From an uncultured Subdoligranulum sp. (lineage in GTDB: Bacteria > Bacillota > Clostridia > Oscillospirales > Ruminococcaceae), in assembly GCA_964458285.1 (NCBI GenBank), contig CAYWID010000004.1, positions 147,842-211,841 on the forward strand: 64,000 nucleotides of DNA, written 5' to 3'. Below, one piece after another: positions 26,195 to 36,498 of this stretch. Both the position numbers and the translations under genes were made by a program. The notes beneath the pieces were generated by a model. That model saw only the letters and a program-made list of their open reading frames with translations. It was not told the origin of the DNA and did not search any database. How positions within the stretch are numbered: the stretch's first letter is position 1; every line of letters begins with the position of its first letter.

Positions 26195-26956
26195 ATGGCC
26201 TTGCTGGAAGTCAGCAATCTTGGCATTGCGTTCGGCGGCCTGCAGGCCGTCTCGCAGCTGGATCTTTCGATTGAAAAGGGCCACCTGTACGGGCTGATCG
26301 GCCCCAACGGCGCCGGCAAAACGACCGTGTTCAACATGCTTACCGGCGTGTACCGCCCCACCGAGGGCAACATCGTGCTGGACGGCGTGGACATCACGGG
26401 CAAAAGCCCCGAGTTCATCAGCAAGTCCGGCGTGGCCCGCACCTTCCAGAACATCCGGCTTTTCAACGAGATGTCGGTGCTGGACAACGTCAAGGTGGGC
26501 CTGCACAACCAGGTGCAGTACGGGATGTGGACGGGCATTTTCCGCCTGCCCGCCTACCGCGAGAAGGAACACGAGATGAACCGCCGCGCCCTCAGGCTGC
26601 TCAAAATCTTTGATCTTGACGGCCAGGCGGAGCTTAAGGCGTCCCAGCTGCCCTACGGCCAGCAGCGCAAGCTGGAAATCGCCCGCGCGCTTGCCACCAA
26701 CCCCAAGCTGCTGCTGCTGGACGAGCCCGCCGCCGGCATGAACCCCAACGAGACCGAGGAGCTTATGCAGACCGTCCACAGCGTGCGCGACCAGTTCGGC
26801 ATTGCGATTCTGCTGATCGAGCATGATATGAACTTCGTCATGGGCATCTGCGAGGAAATCTCGGTGCTGGATTACGGCCGCATCATCGCGCAGGGCGACG
26901 GCAAGGCGATCCGCAATAACCCCAAGGTCATTGCGGCCTATCTGGGAGGTGACTGA
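26195..26956 (+). CDS. livG: branched-chain amino acid ABC ATPase
   Basis: GPNGAGKTT, RTFQN, LPYGQQR, LDEPAAG. Confidence 0.95.
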   Translation: MALLEVSNLGIAFGGLQAVSQLDLSIEKGHLYGLIGPNGAGKTTVFNMLTGVYRPTEGNIVLDGVDITGKSPEFISKSGVARTFQNIRLFNEMSVLDNVKVGLHNQVQYGMWTGIFRLPAYREKEHEMNRRALRLLKIFDLDGQAELKASQLPYGQQRKLEIARALATNPKLLLLDEPAAGMNPNETEELMQTVHSVRDQFGIAILLIEHDMNFVMGICEEISVLDYGRIIAQGDGKAIRNNPKVIAAYLGGD

Positions 26957-26958
26957 CC

Positions 26959-27678
<720 letters not shown>

Positions 27679-27914
27679 ACGCCCGCCCCCGCAAAAACAA
27701 CGCCGAAAGCCGCATGGACCGCTGTGCCATGCGGCTTTTCTGCGCCCGCGCGCCGGCGGCGCGCGGGCGCAGGGCGCGGCGCAGAAAAACGCATAAACGG
27801 CACAGGATACGCAAGGATACGGGAATAAACCCCCGCTTATCCCCCCAAAAAAGCAAGAAATCGCAAAAATACGCGGGAATTTTCAAAAATATCGCAGCAT
27901 TTGCGCAAATTCTA

Positions 27915-27942
27915 TTGACATACGGCACCCGCTCTGTATAAT
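27915..27942 (+). promoter_or_regulatory. sigma-A promoter of potABCD
   Basis: TTGACA-16-TATAAT. Confidence 0.8.
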
Positions 27943-28153
27943 AGCATTTGTGTCATGCTCTTGGGGCAAACGGCTGGGCCGCGCCCCGGAGCCCTGGCGC
28001 TGATCGCGCGGCCTGCCGCCGCCGGGCCTGTTTTGGGGGCCCGGCGGCGGCACAAACCTTTGCGGGGGCCGCGCAGGGGGCGCCGCTTTGCCCAACGTCC
28101 GGCGGCACGCCGGGCTATCGCCGCGGCAGCACCGCAAAGGGGGATGCAGAACC

Positions 28154-29200
28154 ATGGATGAATCGCTGATCGTCTCGCTCAAAAACATCGTGGTGGATTT
28201 TGATGGGGAAAAAGTGCTGAACGGCCTGTCCCTGGCAATCCACGATAAGGAGTTCGTGACCTTTCTGGGGCCGTCCGGCTGCGGAAAAACCACGACCCTC
28301 CGCGTCATCGGCGGGTTTATCACCCCGCAGTCCGGCCAGGTCTTTTTTGACGGCAAGGACATCACGGCCCTGCCGCCCTACCGCCGCCAGGTGAACACCG
28401 TATTCCAGAAATACGCGCTGTTCCCCCATCTGAACGTGTTTGAAAACGTCGCGTTCGGGCTTCGGCTCAAAAAAATGACCGAGACCGAGATCCGCCCCAA
28501 GGTGCTGGAAATGCTGGAAATCGTGGGCCTCAAGGGCTTTGAACGGCGCAGCATCACCCAGCTTTCGGGCGGGCAGCAGCAGCGGGTGGCCATCGCCCGC
28601 AGCCTGATCAACCAGCCGCGCGTTCTGCTGCTGGACGAGCCGCTCGGCGCGCTGGACATGAAGCTGCGCAAGGAGATGCAGCTGGAGCTCAAGCGGCTTC
28701 AGCGGGAGATGAACATCACCTTCGTCTACGTCACCCACGACCAGGAGGAAGCCCTGACCATGTCGGACACGGTGGTCGTCATGCAGAAGGGGAACATCCA
28801 GCAGATCGGCAGCCCGCAGGATATCTACAACGAGCCGCAGAACGCCTTTGTGGCGGATTTCATCGGCGCCTCCAACATTTTGGAGGGCATTATGATCCGG
28901 GACTTTCTTGTGGAGTTTGCCGGGCACGAGTTCACCTGCGTGGACCGCGGCTTCCGCCGCAACGAGCCGGTGCAGGTCGTCGTCCGGCCGGAGGATGTAG
29001 CGGTGGTGCCGCCCAGCGCCGGCATGTTGACCGGCCTTGTGCGGGAGGTCATCTTCAAGGGCGTCCATTTTGAGATGCACGTCGATGTGGACGGCAAGGA
29101 ATGGCTGATCCACTCCACCCAGGCCAGCCTGCCGGGCGAGCTGATCGGCATGAACATCGGCCCCGACGAGATCCACATCATGTCCCGGGCGGAGGTGTGA
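28154..29200 (+). CDS. potA: spermidine/putrescine ABC ATPase
   Basis: [35 protein letters not shown]-like tail. Confidence 0.95.
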   Translation: MDESLIVSLKNIVVDFDGEKVLNGLSLAIHDKEFVTFLGPSGCGKTTTLRVIGGFITPQSGQVFFDGKDITALPPYRRQVNTVFQKYALFPHLNVFENVAFGLRLKKMTETEIRPKVLEMLEIVGLKGFERRSITQLSGGQQQRVAIARSLINQPRVLLLDEPLGALDMKLRKEMQLELKRLQREMNITFVYVTHDQEEALTMSDTVVVMQKGNIQQIGSPQDIYNEPQNAFVADFIGASNILEGIMIRDFLVEFAGHEFTCVDRGFRRNEPVQVVVRPEDVAVVPPSAGMLTGLVREVIFKGVHFEMHVDVDGKEWLIHSTQASLPGELIGMNIGPDEIHIMSRAEV

Positions 29201-29205
29201 CGGCC

Positions 29206-30027
29206 ATGCTCAAAACCAAAAACTCCCGCTGGCTGGCCACCCCCTACCTGATCTGGATGAGCCTTTTCATCGTGGTTCCGCTGGTCATTGTGGTCTACTA
29301 CGCCCTCACGGGCAGCGACGGCGCCTTTACCCTGCAAAACCTGACCCAGATCGGCCGGTATTCCTCGGTGTTTGCGCGCAGCCTGCTGCTGGCGCTGGAG
29401 GCCACCGTCCTCTGCCTGGTGCTGGCCTTTCCGGTGGGGTATCTGCTCTCCCGGCTGCGCGCCAACAAGCAGCACATCATGCTGATGCTGGTCATGCTGC
29501 CCATGTGGATGAACTTTTTGCTGCGCACCTACGCCTGGATGTCCCTGCTTGAAAAAAACGGCCTTCTCAACCGCTTTCTGGGGCTGTTCGGCCTCGGCCC
29601 CTTCAATATGATCACCACGGCGGGCGCCGTGGTGCTGGGCATGGTGTACAACTATCTGCCCTACATGATCCTGCCCCTCTACACGGCCATGACCAAGATC
29701 GACGATTCGGTCATCGAGGCCGCGCAGGATCTTGGCGCCGATACCCTCCATGTGCTGAACAAGGTGCTGATCCCGCTTACCCGGCCCGGCATCGCCACCG
29801 GCATCACGATGGTGTTTGTACCCGCGGTGTCCACCTTCATCATCAGCCGGATGCTGGGCGGCGGCGGCAACCTGCTGATCGGCGATCTGATCGAGCTGCA
29901 GTTCCTCGGCAACTCCTACAACCTCAACCTCGGCTCGGCCATGAGCCTGGTGCTGATGGTGATCGTGCTGCTCTGCATGAGCTTTACCTCCAGCTTTGAC
30001 GAGGAAGAGATGGAAGGGGTGATGTGA
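29206..30027 (+). CDS. potB: spermidine/putrescine ABC permease
   Basis: LPMWMNFLLRTYAW, EAAQDLGA. Confidence 0.93.
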   Translation: MLKTKNSRWLATPYLIWMSLFIVVPLVIVVYYALTGSDGAFTLQNLTQIGRYSSVFARSLLLALEATVLCLVLAFPVGYLLSRLRANKQHIMLMLVMLPMWMNFLLRTYAWMSLLEKNGLLNRFLGLFGLGPFNMITTAGAVVLGMVYNYLPYMILPLYTAMTKIDDSVIEAAQDLGADTLHVLNKVLIPLTRPGIATGITMVFVPAVSTFIISRMLGGGGNLLIGDLIELQFLGNSYNLNLGSAMSLVLMVIVLLCMSFTSSFDEEEMEGVM

Positions 30028-30869
30028 TGAATACCGCCAACGCAAGGCTGCTTCGCCGCACCTATCTGGTGCTGGTCTTCGGGTTTATGTACCTGCCCAT
30101 CGCGGTGCTGATCGCGTACAGCTTCAACGAGAGCAAAAGCCGCACGGTTTTTACCGGCTTCACCTTTCACTGGTACCAGAGTCTTTTTCACAACGATATG
30201 ATCCTTTCGGCGCTGGGGCTCAGCGTGGTGCTGGCGCTGGCCGCCTCGGTCATCGCCACGGTGCTGGGCACCCTGGCCACCATCGGCATCAACGCCATGG
30301 GCCGCAAAGCGCAGCTGCTGATCACCAACATCAGCTATGTGCCGGTCGTCAACCCGGAAATCATCACCGGCGTGTCCCTGATGCTGCTGTTCGTTCTTTA
30401 CCAGCGGCTGGGCCACGGGGGGGACGGCAGCGTGTTCGGCTGGTTCACCCTGCTGGCGGCGCACATCACCTTCGATGTGCCCTACGTCATCTTCAACGTG
30501 GCGCCCAAGCTCCGCCAGCTGGACCCCAGCATGTACAACGCGGCGCTGGATCTGGGCTGCACGCCCCGGCAGGCCTTTGTCAAGGTGCTGCTGCCCCAGC
30601 TTACCCCGGCCATCCTTTCGGCGTTTTTGATCTGCCTGACCTACTCGATCGACGACTTCATCATCTCCTACTTCAACTGCGGCACCATGCAGACCCTGCC
30701 CATCGCCATCTACAGCATGACCCGCAAAAAGGTCAGCCCCGAGATCAACGCCCTCTCGGCCATCATGTTCCTGGTCATTCTGTCCATCATCCTGCTTTCC
30801 AACGCGGCGGACAGCCGCACCTACCGCAAAAACCAGGCCGCCATCCGCCGCAACGCGGCGGAGCAGTAA
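30027..30869 (+). CDS. potC: spermidine/putrescine ABC permease
   Basis: YLPIAVLIAYSFN, PEIITGVSL, SIDDFIISYF. Confidence 0.93.
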   Translation: MNTANARLLRRTYLVLVFGFMYLPIAVLIAYSFNESKSRTVFTGFTFHWYQSLFHNDMILSALGLSVVLALAASVIATVLGTLATIGINAMGRKAQLLITNISYVPVVNPEIITGVSLMLLFVLYQRLGHGGDGSVFGWFTLLAAHITFDVPYVIFNVAPKLRQLDPSMYNAALDLGCTPRQAFVKVLLPQLTPAILSAFLICLTYSIDDFIISYFNCGTMQTLPIAIYSMTRKKVSPEINALSAIMFLVILSIILLSNAADSRTYRKNQAAIRRNAAEQ

Positions 30870-30881
30870 GGGGGCGGGCAG

Positions 30882-32135
30882 ATGAAACACAGCCTTTTGG
30901 CCCGGCGGCTGGCCGCCGGGACGGGCGCGCTGGCGCTGCTGGCCGCCGGGCCGGCGGTTTCCGTGCAGGCCGCCGATGCCGTCCGCGTCAGCGACGGCGT
31001 CGCCGTATCGGGCGATTACGACTGGACCCGCTTTGCCAACGACAACATCACCCTCAACATCTACAACTGGGGCCTGTACATCTCGGACGGCTCGGACGAC
31101 AGCGAGGACGTCCTCTCGGACTTTGAAAAGCTGACCGGCATCAGGCTCAACTACACCACGTTCGACGCCAACGAAAGCCTGTACGCCAAGATGAAATCCG
31201 GCGGCGCCACCTACGACGTGATCTTTCCCTCCGACTACATGATCGGCAGGATGATCCAGGAAAAGATGCTGGCCCCGCTGGATTTCCAAAACATCCCCAA
31301 CATGGCCAACATCGGCAACGCCTACAAGGGCTGGGCCTTTGACCCGGACAATACCTACAGCGTGCCGTATATGTGGGGCACCACCGGCATCGTGTACAAC
31401 ACCACGATGGTGGAAACGCCGCCCGACTCCTGGGCCGATCTGTGGGACGTGCAGTACGCGGGCAACATTTTAATGTTCAACAACTCGCGCGATGCCTACG
31501 CCATCGCGGCCAAAAAGCTTGGCTTGTCCCTGAACCCCACCTCCACGCAGGAGGTGGACCGGGTCATGGAGGAGCTGAAAGCCCAAAAAAACGTCGTGCA
31601 GGCCTACGTCATGGACGAGATTTTTGACAAGATGGAGGGCGGCGAGGCAGCCATGGCGCCCTACTACGCGGGCGACGCCCTGACCATGATCGCCGATAAC
31701 CCCGACCTTGCCTTTGTTTCCCCCAGGGAGGGCGTCAACTTCTTTGTGGACAGCATGTGCATCCCGGCCAACAGCAAAAACAAGGCGGCCGCGGAGCTGT
31801 TCATCAACTATCTGTGCGAGCCCTCGGTCGGCCTGGCCAACTGCGATTACATCGGGTATTCCACCCCCCTCACGGCGGTGCGGGAGCAGCTGGACGACAG
31901 CGTGAAAAACAGCCCGATCGCCTACCCGGACGCCGAGGTTATGAAAAAGGCCGAGGTGTTCAACACCCTGCCGGACAACATCAACAACCGCCTCTCGGAG
32001 GACTGGAGCGAGATGAAAAGCTACGACGGCAGCGGCAGCGGCTGGATGGTCGTGGTGTTTTTGCTGGTGGCCGTGGGGCTGTCCGGCTTCAACATCTGGC
32101 GCAAGATGCGCAAAAAGGAGCGCGACAACTACTGA
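30882..32135 (+). CDS. potD: spermidine/putrescine-binding protein with C-terminal membrane anchor
   Basis: IYNWGLYI, NESLYAK, PSDYM, PYMWGTTGIVYN; C-terminal hydrophobic helix + basic tail. Confidence 0.93.
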   Translation: MKHSLLARRLAAGTGALALLAAGPAVSVQAADAVRVSDGVAVSGDYDWTRFANDNITLNIYNWGLYISDGSDDSEDVLSDFEKLTGIRLNYTTFDANESLYAKMKSGGATYDVIFPSDYMIGRMIQEKMLAPLDFQNIPNMANIGNAYKGWAFDPDNTYSVPYMWGTTGIVYNTTMVETPPDSWADLWDVQYAGNILMFNNSRDAYAIAAKKLGLSLNPTSTQEVDRVMEELKAQKNVVQAYVMDEIFDKMEGGEAAMAPYYAGDALTMIADNPDLAFVSPREGVNFFVDSMCIPANSKNKAAAELFINYLCEPSVGLANCDYIGYSTPLTAVREQLDDSVKNSPIAYPDAEVMKKAEVFNTLPDNINNRLSEDWSEMKSYDGSGSGWMVVVFLLVAVGLSGFNIWRKMRKKERDNY

Positions 32136-32161
32136 ACGGTTGCCGCCCAATGCCTTTGGCA

Positions 32162-32194
32162 GGCGGGACGCCCGTGCGGCGTCCCGCCATTTTT
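32162..32194 (+). terminator. intrinsic terminator of the pot operon
   Basis: GGCGGGACGCC/GGCGTCCCGCC 11-bp stem + ATTTTT. Confidence 0.8.
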
Positions 32195-32274
32195 GGCGCG
32201 CCGGAACTGGCGTTTTGCCAAAAACTGTGCTATACTTTTTGGCGGATTGATGAAAAGAAAGAAGGAACGGCGCC

Positions 32275-33060
32275 ATGCTGCAACCCTATGAATTTGCCGA
32301 GGATTTTACCGTTTACGGGTACGACGGGGACTACCGGGGCCTTGCCAGGCCGGGGGCGCTGCTGCGCTACGCGCAGGAGGTGGCCGGGCAGCAGTGTACC
32401 CATTACGGCATCACCGGGGAGGTGTACGCCCGCACCCACACGGCCTATGTGCTGGCCAAAACGGCCATGCGCTTTGTCCGCGTGCCCCGCGTAGGCGAGC
32501 GCCTGACCCTGATCACCCAGCCGGAGGCCCTCAAGCGGGCCGTCAACAAGCGCCTGACCGTGGTGCGGGACGCCGCGGGGGAGGAGATTGCCCTGCTGGA
32601 CAGCCGCTGGGTGCTGATCGATACCGAAAAGCGGGTCATCCTGCGCCGCCACCCGCCCGAGGTCTGCGGCCCCTGGGCCGAGGAGCTGGGCCGCAGCCTG
32701 CCCATGAAGATGGCTTCCCGGCCCGGGGACGCCGCCCCCGTGGGGGAGCGCCGGGCCGTTTACTCCCTCTGCGATGCCAACGGCCACCTCAACAACACCC
32801 GCTATGTGGATCTGGTGCTGGACGCCCTGCCCCCGCAGGCGCTGGACGGCGCGGCGGTGGAAACCCTGCTGATCTTTTACCACAAGGAGGTGCCGCGCGG
32901 GGAAGCGTTTATGCTGTACCGGGCCCAAACGGCCCCCGGCCGCTGGTATTTTTGCGGCGTGCGGGAGGATAAATGCTGCTTTGAGGCCGAGCTTTCCCTC
33001 CGCGCGCTGCCCTGGCGGGACGGCGCCGCGGCGGGCGAAGCGCCGCAGGGCGGCGGCTGA
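32275..33060 (+). CDS. acyl-ACP thioesterase (FatA/FatB-like double hot-dog)
   Basis: LRYAQEVA, CDANGHLNNTRY motif. Confidence 0.88.
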   Translation: MLQPYEFAEDFTVYGYDGDYRGLARPGALLRYAQEVAGQQCTHYGITGEVYARTHTAYVLAKTAMRFVRVPRVGERLTLITQPEALKRAVNKRLTVVRDAAGEEIALLDSRWVLIDTEKRVILRRHPPEVCGPWAEELGRSLPMKMASRPGDAAPVGERRAVYSLCDANGHLNNTRYVDLVLDALPPQALDGAAVETLLIFYHKEVPRGEAFMLYRAQTAPGRWYFCGVREDKCCFEAELSLRALPWRDGAAAGEAPQGGG

Positions 33061-33063
33061 AAC

Positions 33064-33117
33064 GTTACAATTTGTTTACAAAAAGGCCTTGACAACTGAT
33101 GACAAAATTGTTACAAT
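33064..33117 (+). promoter_or_regulatory. sRNA promoter with two 7-4-7 direct-repeat boxes
   Basis: GTTACAA 33064, TTTACAA 33075, TTGACA 33089-33094, ATGACAA 33099, GTTACAA 33110, TACAAT 33112-33117. Confidence 0.82.
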
Positions 33118-33123
33118 AAGCTT

Positions 33124-33210
33124 GCAAGTTCAACCAATTCCTTCTTTTTCATGTGTTTTTTTCTCCTTCTCCTCTGCGCCCCCGCCAATCCCTCCGGCGG
33201 GGGCCTTTTT
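33124..33210 (+). ncRNA. putative anti-SD/anti-AUG small RNA, copy A
   Basis: own promoter; core CUUUUUCAUGUGUUUUUUUCUCCUUCUCCUCU; terminator GCCCCCGCC-AAUCCCUCC-GGCGGGGGC-CUUUUU; no sense ORF with an RBS. Confidence 0.8.
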
Positions 33211-33211
33211 A

Positions 33212-33240
33212 TTGACAGGGCGGCAGGTTTTTGCTATACT
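33212..33240 (+). promoter_or_regulatory. sigma-A promoter of the opp operon
   Basis: TTGACA-17-TATACT with TG extension. Confidence 0.88.
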
Positions 33241-33408
33241 GTATCAAACCACTCTTTACGGCGCGCAATAGAATTTGGAAAAAAGGGGCAAACAAATGAC
33301 TCACAAGGAAGTGGGCGTTGTTTGCTTTTTGTCTTTTTTGGGCGCCGCCCAAAGAGCGGGGGAGCGCCGGGCAGAACGCTGCGCGGCGGAAGAAAGGATG
33401 GAAACGTG

Positions 33409-35397
33409 ATGAAGAAAAGCGGTCAACTTTTGGCCGGCCTGCTGGCTGGCGCTTTTTGCTTTTCCCTGGCGGGCTGCGGCTCCGCCGGCGGCAGCGGCGC
33501 AACCGGGGAGGCGGCCTCCGGCGGCGCCGCGGCCCCCAGCGTCTACCGCACCCTGTATTCCAGCGAGGTAACCACCCTGAATTACCTCACCACCAGCAGC
33601 ACAAACGAGTACGCCATCGGCGCCAACGTCGTGGATTCCCTGGTCGAGTACGACAGCTACGGCAGGATCATCCCCTCCCTGGCCGAGAGCTGGAGCCACA
33701 ACGACGATATGACCGAGTGGACCTTCCACATCCGCAAGGGCGCCAAGTGGGTGGATCAGACCGGCAAGGAGGTGGCCGATGTCACCGCCAACGACTGGGT
33801 CTCCGCGGCGCGCTACGTCAACGACGCCCACAACGATTCCGCCAACCAGTATATGTACAACACGGGCGCGGTCGTCCACAACGCGCAGGCCTACTATGAC
33901 TACACGGCCTACCAGCTCACGCTGGAAACGAACAACCTTGCCACCGGCGAGAACGCGGCGGATTCGGACGGCAACCCCATCACGGTCGTGGACCCCGTGG
34001 ATCCCGCCAGCATCGGCGTGCGGGCCGCCGACGATTCCACGCTGGTCTACACGCTGGATCAGCCCTGCCCGTTCTTTCTCACAGTGCTGTCCTACACCTC
34101 CTATATGCCGGTGTACGGCCCGTTTTTGGAGGAGAAGGGCAGCCAGTTCGGCCTGGACAACGAGAGCCTGCTCTACAACGGCGCCTACATCCTCTCGACG
34201 TTTGAGCCGCAGGACAGTCATATCCTGACCAAAAACCCCGCCTACTGGGACAAGGACAACGTCTTTATCGATAAAATCCAGGAAAAGTACAACCCCGAGG
34301 CCACCAGCGTGGAGGCCACCATGTACAAGAACGGCGAGGTCGATCTGGCCCACATCAGCGCCGATCTGCTGGATTCCTGGCTGAAGGACGACGCCACCAA
34401 AAACCTTGTCCACGGTTCCCGGCCGGACAATGCGTTCAGCTATTTCTACTGCTTCAACTTTGACCCCGAGTTCGACGCCCAGTACGAGCCGGAAAACTGG
34501 AAAAAGGCCGTCAACAACGAGGATTTCCGCCTTTCGATCCTTCACGCGCTCGACCGCGTCAAGGCCAAGACGGTCAGCGAGCCGTACGACCCCAAGAGCC
34601 TGCTCTGCAACACGGTCACCCCGGCCAACTTTGCCGTGGGCGCCGGGGTGGATTACACCCAGTACCCGGCGCTGCAGGCGTTTACAAACGGCGACAGCTT
34701 TGACGCCGCCGCGGCCGCGGCCAGCCGGGACAAGGCCCGCACGGCGCTTGCCGCCGAGGGCGTTACCTTCCCCGTCAAGGTGCTGATGCCCTACAACCCC
34801 ACCTCCCCCAACTGGGACAAGGAATGCCAGGTGGTGGAGCAGCAGCTTGAGGGCGCCCTCGGCGCCGATTACATCGATGTCATCGTGCAGGCCGGCCCCG
34901 AGACGGGCTTCCTGTCCTCGGTGCGGCGCAGCGGCAACTACGCGCTGCTCAAGTGCAACTACGGCGCCGATTACGCCGACCCCATGACCTACACCGATCC
35001 CTTCACCAAGGGCAGCAACTACAATTTCTGGGATACCAGCACCGACCCCGCCACTGCGGCCCTGTTTGCCGAATGGGAGGCCAAGGTCAAGGCGGCCTCC
35101 GCCATCTATAACGACGACGGCGCCCGCTACAAGGCTTTTGCCGAGGCCGAGGCCATCCTGATCGACCACGCCATCGTAATCCCCTACAGCATTTCCTCGG
35201 GCGAGGGGTACGTCGCCAGCAACCTCAACCAGCTGGAGGGCGAGTACGCCCCCTACGGCGTGGCGCGGGAGCGGTACAAGTACGAGCATCTTTACCCCAC
35301 CTCGATGAGCATGGAAGAATTCCGGAAGGCCTACGACGCCTGGGTGGCCGAGCGCACCCGGGCGGTGGCCGCCGCCACAACGGAATCCGCGTCCTGA
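33409..35397 (+). CDS. oppA: oligopeptide ABC substrate-binding lipoprotein
   Basis: LAGC lipobox; TTLNY, DSLVEYD, WTFHIRKGAKW (SBP family 5). Confidence 0.93.
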   Translation: MKKSGQLLAGLLAGAFCFSLAGCGSAGGSGATGEAASGGAAAPSVYRTLYSSEVTTLNYLTTSSTNEYAIGANVVDSLVEYDSYGRIIPSLAESWSHNDDMTEWTFHIRKGAKWVDQTGKEVADVTANDWVSAARYVNDAHNDSANQYMYNTGAVVHNAQAYYDYTAYQLTLETNNLATGENAADSDGNPITVVDPVDPASIGVRAADDSTLVYTLDQPCPFFLTVLSYTSYMPVYGPFLEEKGSQFGLDNESLLYNGAYILSTFEPQDSHILTKNPAYWDKDNVFIDKIQEKYNPEATSVEATMYKNGEVDLAHISADLLDSWLKDDATKNLVHGSRPDNAFSYFYCFNFDPEFDAQYEPENWKKAVNNEDFRLSILHALDRVKAKTVSEPYDPKSLLCNTVTPANFAVGAGVDYTQYPALQAFTNGDSFDAAAAAASRDKARTALAAEGVTFPVKVLMPYNPTSPNWDKECQVVEQQLEGALGADYIDVIVQAGPETGFLSSVRRSGNYALLKCNYGADYADPMTYTDPFTKGSNYNFWDTSTDPATAALFAEWEAKVKAASAIYNDDGARYKAFAEAEAILIDHAIVIPYSISSGEGYVASNLNQLEGEYAPYGVARERYKYEHLYPTSMSMEEFRKAYDAWVAERTRAVAAATTESAS

Positions 35398-35547
35398 CGG
35401 CGCTTTTTTCAAAAATCCAACGCAGACAAAGTCCGCATTCCCCCGCAAAAAACAGGGGGGATGCGGCTTTGTCCGGCCTTCGGTACGGCGCGCACCGGGG
35501 GCGGGGCAAGGCCGCATCCGGGCAGACAGGAAAGGGGAAATCCTTCC

Positions 35548-36498
35548 GTGGCAAGCTACATTCTCAAGCGGGTGCTGCACGCTCTGGTCACGCTGGCCGT
35601 CGTCATCGTGATCGTGTTCGTGCTGCTCCGGCAGATGCCCATCGAGGGGTACTTCAACAATTTCGATAAATACACCCCCGCGCAGATCACGGTGGGCCTG
35701 CAAAAGCTGGGCCTGACCGATCCCGTCCCCGTGCAGGTGGCGCACTATTTCCGGCAGCTTGCGCACGGCGACCTGGGCACCTCCAACAAGTACCGGGAGG
35801 GGTATCCCATCGCCAGGATCATCGCCAAAAAGGCCCCCGTCTCGATCGAGCTGGGGCTGATCAGCCTGGCCGTCTCGCTGGCGCTGGGGCTGGGGCTGGG
35901 CATCCTGATGGCCCGCTCCACCCGCACCCGCTGGAAGCTGTGGGATACCTTCGGCACCGTGTTCATCGTCATTGTGCAGGCGGTGCCCTCGGCGGTCTAC
36001 CATCTGCTGATCCAGCTCTACGGCAGCGAGCTGCTGGGCGTGCCCATGCTGTTCGACGCCGCCCGGCCCGCCACCTGGGTGCTGCCCGTTTTTTCGCTTT
36101 CCATCGGCAACATCGCCTATTATGCCATGTGGCTGCGGCGGTACATGGTGGACGAAAGCAACAAGGATTACATCCGTCTGGCCCGCGCCAAGGGGGTGCC
36201 CGCCGGGCGGATCAGCCGCGTCCATGTGTTTCGCAACGCAATCGTGCCGCTGGTGCAATACCTGCCCAACTCGATCCTGTTCACGCTGATGGGCTCGCTG
36301 TATGTGGAATCGCTCTACTCGATCCCCGGCATGGGCGGGCTGCTGGTGCAGGTCATCAAATTGCAGGACAACACGATGGTGCAGGCGCTGGTGCTGGTGT
36401 ACGCGGCGGTGTCGGTGCTGGGGCTGCTGTTCGGCGATCTGATGATGGCGCTGGTCGATCCGCGCATCAGCTTTACCAGAAAAGAGGGGGCGCGCTGA
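35548..36498 (+). CDS. oppB: oligopeptide ABC permease
   Basis: GTG start; GDLGTS, DYIRLARAKG, SIPGMGGL. Confidence 0.93.
   Translation: MASYILKRVLHALVTLAVVIVIVFVLLRQMPIEGYFNNFDKYTPAQITVGLQKLGLTDPVPVQVAHYFRQLAHGDLGTSNKYREGYPIARIIAKKAPVSIELGLISLAVSLALGLGLGILMARSTRTRWKLWDTFGTVFIVIVQAVPSAVYHLLIQLYGSELLGVPMLFDAARPATWVLPVFSLSIGNIAYYAMWLRRYMVDESNKDYIRLARAKGVPAGRISRVHVFRNAIVPLVQYLPNSILFTLMGSLYVESLYSIPGMGGLLVQVIKLQDNTMVQALVLVYAAVSVLGLLFGDLMMALVDPRISFTRKEGAR

Noticed and set aside
27878-27892. CodY-like box AATTTTCAAAAATAT upstream of the pot promoter
   Set aside because: Three mismatches to AATTTTCWGAAAATT in an AT-rich patch; too weak alone.
33111-33152. 13-aa minus-strand ORF MKKKELVELASLL (possible type I toxin or leader peptide)
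   Set aside because: Too short and not hydrophobic for a type I toxin; no convincing minus-strand promoter; not conserved with the copy B shadow ORF.
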